This document shows, one piece after another, positions 33,251 through 43,535 of a stretch of 64,000 bases of DNA; within the stretch, counting starts at the first letter, position 1, and each line of letters starts with the position of its first letter. The notes below the pieces were generated by a model, which saw only the letters and a list, made by a program, of their open reading frames with translations, was not told where the DNA came from and did not search any database. The position numbers and the translations under genes are program-made. Origin of the DNA: Diplonema japonicum (taxonomy: Eukaryota; Protista; Euglenozoa: Diplonemea); NCBI GenBank assembly GCA_964019335.1, contig OZ025676.1:496001-560000 (forward strand). Direction: 5' to 3'.

Positions 33251-34533
33251 AAAAAAGAAACGAATTGTAAATGGATAGGGGTATGCTTTTTTTTTCTTTT
33301 TTTTTTTTCTCTCTTCCAACATATTGTTTTGCAAACATCGCGGGGGAAGAAACTCGAAGTAAAAGAGCCCTCCACATGAAGCGCCTTTTGTGGTGTGAGT
33401 TTGTAAAAAAAAAAAAAAAAAAAAAAAAAGGAAAAAAAAATTGGGAACTTCTGTACCTCTTCAGGCGAGAAAAAAAAAGGAGGGAAGAGATAGTTCAAAG
33501 CAGTGTTGCGGAAGGTTGAGGTTCCCTTCATCGCCGCTAAGTCATGTGCTACATGCTTTATTACTCTAAGATCTATTCTGGGGGTCTTTTGTAAGTTTCT
33601 TTTTTTGTTTAATTGGAATACAGTGAAGCCATTTCTTTTTTTTATATTTTTTAATTTTTCTTTTCTTTTTTTATATTTTTTAATTTTTCTTTTCTTTTTT
33701 TTTTTACTGCCCATATCCTCCTTATCGTTAGATTGGGACAGAAACGGGGGGGGGGGGGGGGGGGGTAACCGATGAATAGAAAAAAAAAGAAAATTAAATT
33801 GAGACATTCTGTTTTTTCTTCTCTTTTTTTTTTCTTCTAATATTAAATTTCTCGTAATTACACAATACAAAAGAAAAACAAATGGGGCACTGGTTGCAAC
33901 TATTTGGCGTTAAGTGTGCAAGCGTGGTGGAAGAATTTTTTTCCTTTTTGTAGTAAAATCGAACGCACAACCTTGAAGGGAGGCTTTGAAAAAAAAAGAA
34001 ATGCCATGCTCTCCCTGTCCACAATTGTGTTTATTTTGATGCTACTCGCTTTTTTCTTTTTTTTTTAAATTCATTTTCAAGCTGCTTTCTCTTGAAAATC
34101 TCAAAGGTTGGCCTCAGGAAGGCATGGTGCTGTGGGCATACCGCCTGAAGCAATCGAGTGTCTTCTACTCTTTTGTGTAAAAAAGTTCTTTCGAAAAGCA
34201 GCTTGTCAGTAAATTTAAAAAAAAAAAAAAAAAAAGAGACATTTAAGGGTACCTGCGGTATGTGGCAGGACGCCTGAAAAAAAAAAAAAAAATGATGTTA
34301 TTTTTTATGAAGAAAATATCAGCCAGATTTCACTTTGTTTGGCGTCATTTTTTTTTTTCCTTTCCATCTCGCTGAACGCGGCCGCTATTAAGTGGCGTTG
34401 AAACAGGAAAAGGGGGAAGGGATAAGGAGAGAGAGAGGATACATGGGAAAAGAAAAGAAAAAAAAAAATCCTATCCTTATTCTCTTTTTTTTTTTCTTCT
34501 TTTTTTTTCTATAAAATTATGTTCCAGTAAATA

Positions 34534-35637
34534 TTATCGACAGCTTCGCACACCACGAATAGCAAAGGTCCCGTGAATAGGCCTGTGGTCGCTCGCTGTG
34601 ACATCTGGATCGTCGCTGTAGTTTAAACAAACGGTCGGCAAGTACGTCACTTGGGGAGGAAGCGGCGGGGTCTTCGACCCGCTCTTCTTCCCCACACAAC
34701 TATGACATTTCAAACCGGATTTTCTAAACTTTCCCTTATCGAGTTCACAATGCAAATTACACACCACGCACCGCCTGGGCCTTCCTGCAACAAGCAGATC
34801 CACGTCAGGATCGCCAATTGCGTACAAAATCCTGTCGCAATACGCCGGGGATCGTTTTTCGGAATATTCCCCTCTGGCACCTTTTAAACACTTGTATGTT
34901 GGGTCCCATGTTATCATTGGTTCGGTGAAGCCTGCGAATACCTTCCCATCACGCATTTCAGCGTGGAGTTGGTCGTACTTCTGCATAAGCTCAGTTTTAC
35001 ATGGTGAAGCTATTGAACCGACCACCTCATGGCGGGGCATGTCGAGCCGGTAGTTGAGATCGCCGAACCAGAACACAGAATCATGTGACATTAATTTTTG
35101 GGGGAGCTGGGAGAACAGAGAGAGGTTTGCAATCCTGTCGTGGTCCTTCTTCCTGCGGTTTACCTCGGATTGGTGAGCAGCAAGATGCGCGTTTATAAAG
35201 CAAAACGATTTACCTTCGAACTTAAACCGCCCACACACCGCACCCTTGTTCCCAAAAGAATTGAAAAAACCTGTCCGTGTTCTGCACACTTCAACATCGT
35301 ACATATAAGGGGCAAGCTCTTCAGCTACAAACATAAAGAGTCCGAGGCCCATTAGTTGATGGCAATCGAGGAGGGTGTACTGTACTCCTATGGTGGATTG
35401 CACGGTGCGGGTTAGGACTTGCTCCCATGCGCCGCTCCGTCTTGTTTTTTCTTGGATTAATGCCTTTGCGGACATATCTAGTTCCTGCAGCCCTATGATG
35501 ATCACACCTGGGAGCTCTTCGGCAATGGGGTTCAGCCATTCTCGCAAACCTTCTTTGTTGACCTTTTCAGGGTTCACTTCTGCAACGTTCCAGGAGCATA
35601 CCCTCACTACCAGGCTATCCGCGGAGGTAGGAGGCAT
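34534..35637 (-). CDS. Inositol polyphosphate 5-phosphatase (EEP family)
   Basis: SWNV, IGLQE, GNKGAV, FINAHLAAH, FWFGDLNYR, PTYK, PAYCDRIL, SDHRPI. Confidence 0.93.
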   Translation of the reverse strand: MPPTSADSLVVRVCSWNVAEVNPEKVNKEGLREWLNPIAEELPGVIIIGLQELDMSAKALIQEKTRRSGAWEQVLTRTVQSTIGVQYTLLDCHQLMGLGLFMFVAEELAPYMYDVEVCRTRTGFFNSFGNKGAVCGRFKFEGKSFCFINAHLAAHQSEVNRRKKDHDRIANLSLFSQLPQKLMSHDSVFWFGDLNYRLDMPRHEVVGSIASPCKTELMQKYDQLHAEMRDGKVFAGFTEPMITWDPTYKCLKGARGEYSEKRSPAYCDRILYAIGDPDVDLLVAGRPRRCVVCNLHCELDKGKFRKSGLKCHSCVGKKSGSKTPPLPPQVTYLPTVCLNYSDDPDVTASDHRPIHGTFAIRGVRSCR

Positions 35638-36104
35638 GGTGTGGTGTTTTTTTTTTTTTTTTTTTTTTTTTCCCCTTCCCCACTACTTTTTTGTTTGTTG
35701 ATTTGTTATAAAAAAGGAGGGGTTTCTTTTTAAAAAAAAAGTCACACATTTGTGTTTTTTTCCCCCCCTCCCCCCTTTCATTCCTCATTTTTTTGAAGGG
35801 GGAAAGGGGGGGGGGGGGGGGGCAGCGAAGGGGGAAAACACTGTTACTACAGGAGTAAAAATAGAGGGGGGGGTAAACATTTTTTTAAAACTTTCCCCTC
35901 CTTTTTTTTGATTTCCTTTTTTTTTCCCTTCTTCTTTTCTCTTCCTTTTTTCTTTTTTTTTTTGCTCCCCCCACAGCGGATCGGATCAACTCAGAAAATT
36001 GAGAGCAGGACTGAAAACACAAAAACATTTTTTTTTTTGTTAGTCTTGTGCTTTCGCGCTCACCAACTGAAGAGGTTAAAAAAAAAAAAAAAAAAGGGAG
36101 GAGA

Positions 36105-36147
<43 letters not shown>

Positions 36148-36187
36148 AATGATTTTTTTTTCTTCTCCCTTTTCCTTCCCTCACACC

Positions 36188-37674
36188 CTAAAAATCATCC
36201 TTGGAAATAAATTCCCCCTTGTGCTCTGATTGTTTCAATTCATCGACATTAGGGCCCAAAACACACTCCTTAAGTGTGGTTCTAGGCGGGATCACACACC
36301 CACTGCCGATGATACAGTTTTGTATTACGCAACCTGAACCAATTTTCACGTTGTGCATGACAACCGACTGCGAAACACGGGCCTGCGTATCAATAGCAAC
36401 ATTGTTGCCAACCACAGTGGCCTTGACCACCACACCTTCAGCAGGCTGGTACCCAGTTCCTATCAGCGACGGTGCGGAGACAGACACCTTGGAAGGGAAC
36501 TTCCCTTCCTTCGAAGGCTTCATCCAATTTTCTTGCAGTTCGTTGGAGATTGTTTCCCACTCAGGGCATGAGCCTTCCTTCCCTTGCGACGCGCATTTGG
36601 CAAGCTCCTTGTTCGCTTCATGGTATGTACTATTTATTTTATTTTTTTTTTTTCAAAAACATACCTTAAATGATTAACCCTTGTAAGATATTCCCCAGGC
36701 AGTGTCTTATCCCCAAGCCTTTTGATGGTTGTCGGGTCAAGAGCAACCTTCCCACCGTTGTCAGCAATATACGCGTACACCCTGACAGGATCGTAAAACA
36801 CACTAGTAGGTGAACCGTGTACTTTTGAACCGAAATCGGTTTCGGTGAACACGGGAGGAAAGGGCGGTGGAGTGCTTGTAGTAAGAGCAGGCTGAGAAGG
36901 CGGAGGGATAGGTAAGTCCCCCCAGCTCCCGTCTGGCTTTTGCCTGCGAAACTGTTGTGCAGCAAGGACAGGGAGAAGCTCGTGCTTCAACGAGGTAAGC
37001 GTCTTCTTGTGCTTAAGAAGCTCGAACACCCAGTTGGAAAACACATACACATGGGAATCGATTAACGACGTCGTCAGTTTCATATTCGGCCTCCTCGTCA
37101 AGTACGCCTTCTTCATCTTAACATCAGATAGTTCCGCAGAACTTGCGAACAACGTCACTCTAGAATCCTCTTCCAACCCTACGAATTCCGTTAAATGGCG
37201 TTCTTTGGCAGCGGTTTTATCCTTGCTGTCGGGTAGCTTTTTATGCTTCATTAAAATAGTGGCTGTGGCTGCCTTGCGCCGGTGGTACGCTAGAATGTCA
37301 GATAGAGGTATGTTGGTTATTGTGTCGCAAGAAACAACAATTACACTGCCTAGTACTTTGTCGGCCACTGCTTTGAGAGCTTGTGCTGTGTCGGCATCGT
37401 CTGGAACTGAGATAAATTGAGGATCGGACCCTGTGGAGCCGCCGGCTTTGTTGAACCAAGCTCCTATTTCATCCTGGCTCGTTTCTGTGGTGATTACAAT
37501 AGGTTTGGAGTAGCCTCCGGCCGACAGCCATCTCAGGGAGTACCATAGCATTGCGTGGTTGCCAACCGGTAGAAGTGCCTTTACATGGCCGTGTGTCAGA
37601 GGGCTGAGTCTTGTCCCTTCACCTCCGGCCAGGACTACTGCGGTGAATTCATTTGCTTCTTTGTTTATTGACAT
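36188..37674 (-). CDS. EIF2B3: Translation initiation factor eIF2B subunit gamma (2 exons)
   Basis: Pyrophosphorylase-like AVVLAGGEGTRLSPLT..KALLPVGN, SCD, LIDSHVYVF, and C-terminal left-handed beta-helix repeats. 35-nt intron 36630-36664 gives RVNHLSTYHEANK. Confidence 0.85.
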
Positions 37675-37844
37675 ATTTTTTTTCTTTTTTTTTTTCCCCC
37701 CTCTTTCTTCTCCCCTCCTCCTTTTTTTTTTGTTGTCGTTTTTAGTTGTTATGGTTTTTTTTTGAGGGGGGGTAAAAAAAGAGAGGAAAAAAAAAAAAGG
37801 ATGGGAAAAAAAAAAACGGGAATTTTTTTTTTGTTCTTGTTTCC

Positions 37845-37886
<42 letters not shown>

Positions 37887-38546
37887 AAAGGAAAAGGGGG
37901 TGAGGGGGGGGGAAAGGAAGAAGTAAAGGGTTTTGATAGTAATTTTTTTGTTCGTTTTTTTTTTTTTTCCCTAAGAATTTCACAAACTGATTTCTAATGC
38001 CAGCCAAACTTTTTTTCTAGTCTTTACGGTATGTACTGCGCAGTTTTTTTCCCCCTTTTTTTTTTCTTTTTTTTTTTTGTGCCAGAGTCGGGCTCTTCTT
38101 CGTTCAGTCCGGCAGGGCTGAAAAGAAGAAAGAAAAAAAAAAAGAAGAGAAAAAAAAAAAGCACAGACTGTTTCAGACTGAGGTGAACCAGATGTGCGAT
38201 TTCCCCTTTCTTTTTTTCCAGATCTTAAAAAAAAAGAAGAAAAAAAAAAGAAAAAGAAAAACAACGAGGAGAAAAGGGGCCTTCCGGTGTAAGTCAGCCA
38301 TCTCAATGAGTGAGGAAAAAAAATAAAATCTTTTTTTTAAACAATGAGACACAGGCCCGGTGCACATGAAGGAAGGTATGCGCCTTGATATGACAGATTG
38401 CAAAGAAAAAAAAAAAACCCTCCTTTTTTCATGTTTTCTTTTCTCCTAAAGGTGCAAAATCCTAATCCGAGAAGATAAAAAAAAAAAAAAATGGCAAGAA
38501 GGAAAAGGGAGAGAGTAAATGGTTAGAAGAAGAGATCGACATCAAC

Positions 38547-38591
<45 letters not shown>

Positions 38592-41500
38592 AAAGCAGAT
38601 ATTTATGTTCTTTCCCCCTGGGTGGCGAGGATGGGGACGAGAAAGCAAAAAAAGATTCTTTCGTTTCTCCGACCTCTATTCTATCTCTTTTTTTCTTCTT
38701 CTTTTTTTGTTGACGAAGAACATTGTGTGTTATGCTTTTTTTGTCCCGCCTCTTTTTTTTTTTTTTTTCCCGTTGTGTGGGGGAAAAAAGATAAAAAAGG
38801 GGGGTGGTGGGGAGTAGAAGCAAAAAAAAAAGTAAAAAAGAAAAAAAAGAAAAAAAAAAGGGAATATGACAATAGTGGAACCCAGCAAAATGCGGGTGAT
38901 CAAATCAACTAAAAAAAAAAAAAAAAAAAAAAAAATCACTGATGTGGGGAACACGGAAAAGAAAAAAAGAAGCAAATGCAAATCCTTTCCTTAATTATTT
39001 CTGTTTTTTTTTATCTTCTGCACCCCCCTTTTTTCCCCCTTTGCTTTTTGTTAATACATCAACACTAGCCTTCGTGGTGGGGGGGGGGGGGGGGGGACAA
39101 GAATACTGTATCTATTCCCCCCTTTTTTTTGCCTTCAATCAAATTTAAAAAAATGGGGAATAACAAAAAAAAAAAAAGAAAAATGGAGAGAAAAGATGCA
39201 CAAGCTAGTGGGAATAATCCTTTTATTCTCATGCATGCATCTTTACCATATTCCTTTTTTTTTTTTCCCTTGGCTACCGCCATCGAAGAAGCTGCCGCGC
39301 AACTCATTTTGTAACTACTTTAGTATTTCTTTTTGTTTTTTTCTTCACTCAAGGGGGGGGGGGGGTCAAAATCCAATGTCTAAAATGCTTCAGCGACAAA
39401 AGATGGAAGAAAAAAAAAGATGTGGGACCGTGCAGAGTTTTTTTTTTTTTTTTTGTATTTGGCAGGTCTGTATCGAACAAGGAAAATGGGGGTATTCTAC
39501 TGCATTTTTTTTTAAACAGTATTTCAAAAGTTAACAGTTGATAGGATACGCCATCATTTGTATTTCTCTTTTTTTTTTTTTTTTTGTTCTCAATTTTTTT
39601 TTCTTGCAAAAAAAATCGGAGTGGTCAAATAAAGTCTAGTGCGAATTGCGGAAATTCGTATTGAGCCCGATCGGCACCAGATTTAACCCAACAACCCGGT
39701 TTTTTGTACGAAAAAAAAAAAAAAAAAAAGTGGACTGAATTCTTTTTTTGTCATGGAGGGTGAATTTATATTTCTTCTTCATCTTTTTTTTCTTTTTTAC
39801 TCCCTTGGATACAGAAGAAAGAAAAAAATAATAAAAAAAAGTATGTAATTCTTCCCACTTTTTGAGAACAAGCAAGTGGCTTGGAGGCTTTTTTTTTTTC
39901 TTTTCTTCCCTCAAGTGCGATACCTTTTCTTTTTTTTTTACTCTTTTTTTCTTCCCCGTGTTAGCAGAATAAAAAAAATAAAATCTCTGTTTTTTTTAAA
40001 CTGAAATGGAGAGAGTCAATTCGGGGAAGAAAAAAAAGGGGGGGGAACAGAGGGGGGGGGGCATAAAATTAGCATAAAAAATGCATGGGGGTTTTTTTTT
40101 TCACTGCCCCTGGCTAACCAGCAGCATCGAAGTGGATATTTCTTTGTTTCCCCAGAGTTGCTTATGCAGTAAAAAGGAACTTTGAGTTTTTTTTATCACC
40201 CCCCCCGGGTAACGAAGAAAAGAGAGCTTTGTTTCTTCCTTCTTCTTTCTTTCTCTCCCTTTGCTTTTAACAGAAAAAAAAACAAATTCTTCTTTTGCTC
40301 AAACACACGATCCACGCTCCAGATGACCATGAGGGGGGGGGGGGGGGGGGGGTAAAGACAACGTGACAGCCCCCACACGTTTTTGTTTTCATTCTTCTTT
40401 TTTTTTTTCGCATACCAAAAATCCACTACAGATCTCGGTTCTTCTTCTTTTTTTTTTTTTTTTTTTTTTTAAACAGAGAGAGAGTGCCGTAATTCTACTA
40501 AATGTGTGAGATACAGCTTTTCCCAAATGGAGAGAGTAAGAAAAAAAAAAAAAAAGAAAAAAAACGCCAGTTGGAGTAGGGCCTCCTTTACTGCCGGGGG
40601 GGAGAGAGAAATGGAAAACGAGAATAAAAAATTATTTTTTTCTGCACCGTGATAATTCCAAATGCGCTGTTTTGGTGAGAGCTAAGATGTGGGGAAAAAA
40701 AAGGAAAAAAAAAGAGGGGAGCAGGGGATCCATGTATATTTTTTTTTGTACCAAAAGTACGGAAGTCAACTAGGAAGTTTCGGATTGCGATTTTTTTTTT
40801 TTCAATAATAGAGAGAGCAAGGAAAAAAGAAAAAAGAAGAAAAAAAAAAACCACTTCTAATCAATCAGCTCCACCTGTCATTAATAATAGATAGTTTTTT
40901 TGTTTTTTTCTTTTTTTTTCCAGGGGGGGAAAAAAAAAACTGATTCCGATATCCAACCAAATTGATTTTTCCATACTTTTTTTTTTTGATTACTCGTTCT
41001 TTTTTTTTTCCCCTTCACCACCTTTGCTATTTTTTTTTTCTTTTGGTTTGCCTTTCCTCATTATCTTCCCAATCAAACTGAGGGGAAAAAAAAGAAGGAA
41101 AAAAAAAAAGAAGAAGAAGACAGCGCAAAAATTTCGCGTTTTTTTAAGGCTTCATTATTGTTAAGAATGGTATGTCTCCTTTACGTCCTCTTTTCATTTT
41201 TTTTTCTTAACCAGATAGGGTATAGACTACGCAAATACCCGATTTTTGTTAAATTTTTTTATGAAAAAAACAAAAATAAAAAAGACGAAAAACCCAGGAC
41301 CCTACCGCGGATAAAAATTAGGATTTTTTTTTTTAAATTCTCCTTTGTTTTATTCCCATAATTTCCCTCATTCTATATATTTTTTTTTCTTTTCCTACAT
41401 AGAAATGAGGGAGGGGAGGCAGACAAGAAGATGTCAATTTTTTTTTTTTTTTTTTTTTTTTCGCCTGTGCGTGGACACGCAAGCACAGGCAGGCAAGGAA

Positions 41501-42668
41501 TAAGGCTTTTTTTTTTTTCCCTTTGTCAACAAAAAAAACTCAAAGGAGGAGCGAAGAAAAAAAAATAATAAGAAAAATCCCACGCACAAATAAATAATAA
41601 TATAAAAAAAAAAAGCGGGAGAGGTGGGACGATATCCCCCGTTTTTTTTTTTTTTTTTTTTTTTTTCCATTCTTGAAAAGTAGGGCAGGCCGAGACTAAC
41701 ATCCCAAAAGGCCGCCACTTCAAAAAAAAAAAAAAAAAAAAGAAGAAAATCCACCTTATTTTCATCTTCTCTTCTTTTGACTGAGAAGGTGAAAATAAAA
41801 TTATTTTTAACGCCACATACAAGTACAAAAACTCGCTCGAGACTTCAAATAAGAAAAAGAAGAAGAAAAAAAAAAGGAGGAGGGAAGAAAGAAGAAGAAG
41901 GGAGGGGGAAAAAAATGAAGAAAAAAAAATCTAAGGGCTTCCCAGTTAGAAATACCCTTAGAAAAGAAATGGAGAGAGTATGTGTGAAAGTGGGAGAGAG
42001 TCAAAAAGGGACGGCGGTGTGAGAGGCAGACCGGATCAAACTAGGGAACAGACATCCATAGTTGAAAAGAAGGTGCTGGTATCAGAAAGTAAAAGCACCT
42101 TTTCCCTTTTTTTTTTTCCCCTTCTCATTCTTCTTCCTTCTCCCCCCTCCTTTTTTTTTAGATTTTCTTCTCGTTGTTTTGTTCGTTTTTTTCTTCTTTT
42201 TTTCATTATTTAAGGGGGGTAAGGGAGCAGTACCGGTGGACAATAAAAAATGAGGAATAGGGGGGGAAATTGAACATTGGGAATTAGAAATTTACTTTTT
42301 TTTTTTTTTTTTTTTTTCCCTGTCGGCTTTGCGGGTTCCCGCTCACCTCCTAGGGAGATAGGATATAAAAAAAAAAAGAAAAAAAAGAAAAGATAAAAAA
42401 AAGCGCATTGTTTGGAGAAAAAAAAAAAGAAAAAAAAAAGAGGTGGAAAGCAGTTTTTTTTTTTTTTTTTTTTTCTTGTGTAGGTTTCCTTCCTTTTTTT
42501 TCTTTTCGTCCCCTCTCTTTTTCTTTTTTTTTTATAAAAAAACTGGGAGACAGAACGAAAAAAAAAAGAGAAAAAAAAAAAAAGAAAAAAAAAATAACAA
42601 CCCCATTTCCATCACCCCCCTCTTTTATATCTGTCAACACGATCTCCCACCACCCGAGATTGAGGCCC

Positions 42669-43409
42669 CTATTGCCCGAAACCATTGGTCTGACCGATTT
42701 GTGGAATCAGCATGAGGAGAGCATATTGGGGGTGGATGGGATTCTGTTGCTGTTGTAATTGAGGGAGGGTCATGGGAAATGGTTGACCACCTAGCATAAA
42801 AGGGTTAGTTTGCTGTTGGGTCTTCTTGATTGTGGGCAGCTTACGGGTGGGAGATGTTGGCGAAGTTGGAGTTGCGGCCTTTACAGCCTGCTGCTTCCCC
42901 CCATTCTGCGAACGATGTGTCCCTGCTAGCAACTCTTTCAGCTCCGTCTCGCTGCAGAGCCTGGGCTCTGGTGCTTTGTAGTCAATACCTTTCTTCAAAA
43001 GCTGTGCTTGCTTATCCTTCACCTTGCCAAGGTGTCGGCCGCCTTCGAAATGGATTACAGACTGCCTTTCGCTGTTCAGGACCATCTTACACGTCTCGCA
43101 GTACCAGTGTTTTACCTTTTTCTTCGGTTCTTCCTTAACGTTGGCTCTTGGGATTTTACAGACCTGTCCCTCCACGCATTTCCACTCCCCGTCCACCTCC
43201 TCCAGGTAGTCCACAGCCCTCTTCCTGTTGTGCACGGTGCACACCTTGAACTCTATCTTTTCCTTGTCGGCGTCGCTGACTGACGAGCATGACCTGGAGC
43301 TCTCCCTCTCAGCATCATCGACCTTCCCAAGCAGCTCCGCTAGGTTGTTGATGAGACACTCGTCCACCTCCTCGTCGTGCACGGGCATAGTGTCGAAGTG
43401 TGTGTGCAT
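42669..43409 (-). CDS. Zinc-finger protein (CxxH..C..C motif plus matrin/U1-type C2H2 finger)
   Basis: CTVHNRKR..WKCVEGQVCK and WYCETCKMVLNS..HFEGGRHLGKV. ATG at 43409 lies downstream of a pyrimidine tract and CAG. Confidence 0.78.
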   Translation of the reverse strand: MHTHFDTMPVHDEEVDECLINNLAELLGKVDDAERESSRSCSSVSDADKEKIEFKVCTVHNRKRAVDYLEEVDGEWKCVEGQVCKIPRANVKEEPKKKVKHWYCETCKMVLNSERQSVIHFEGGRHLGKVKDKQAQLLKKGIDYKAPEPRLCSETELKELLAGTHRSQNGGKQQAVKAATPTSPTSPTRKLPTIKKTQQQTNPFMLGGQPFPMTLPQLQQQQNPIHPQYALLMLIPQIGQTNGFGQ

Positions 43410-43535
43410 TGCTGTGGATATGGAATGGGTGTTTCTGGAATTTAAAAAAAAAGGGGGGGGGCGGGAAAAGTTCTCAGCCAAAAAGAAGTTGCGGGGAAAA
43501 AAAAAAAGAAAGACTAACCTCAGAAGAAGGGTCTC

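Noticed and set aside
37700-42650. Dozens of poly-K/poly-F/poly-G ORFs here and in other spacers
   Set aside because: They are translations of homopolymer tracts, which lack stop codons by composition.
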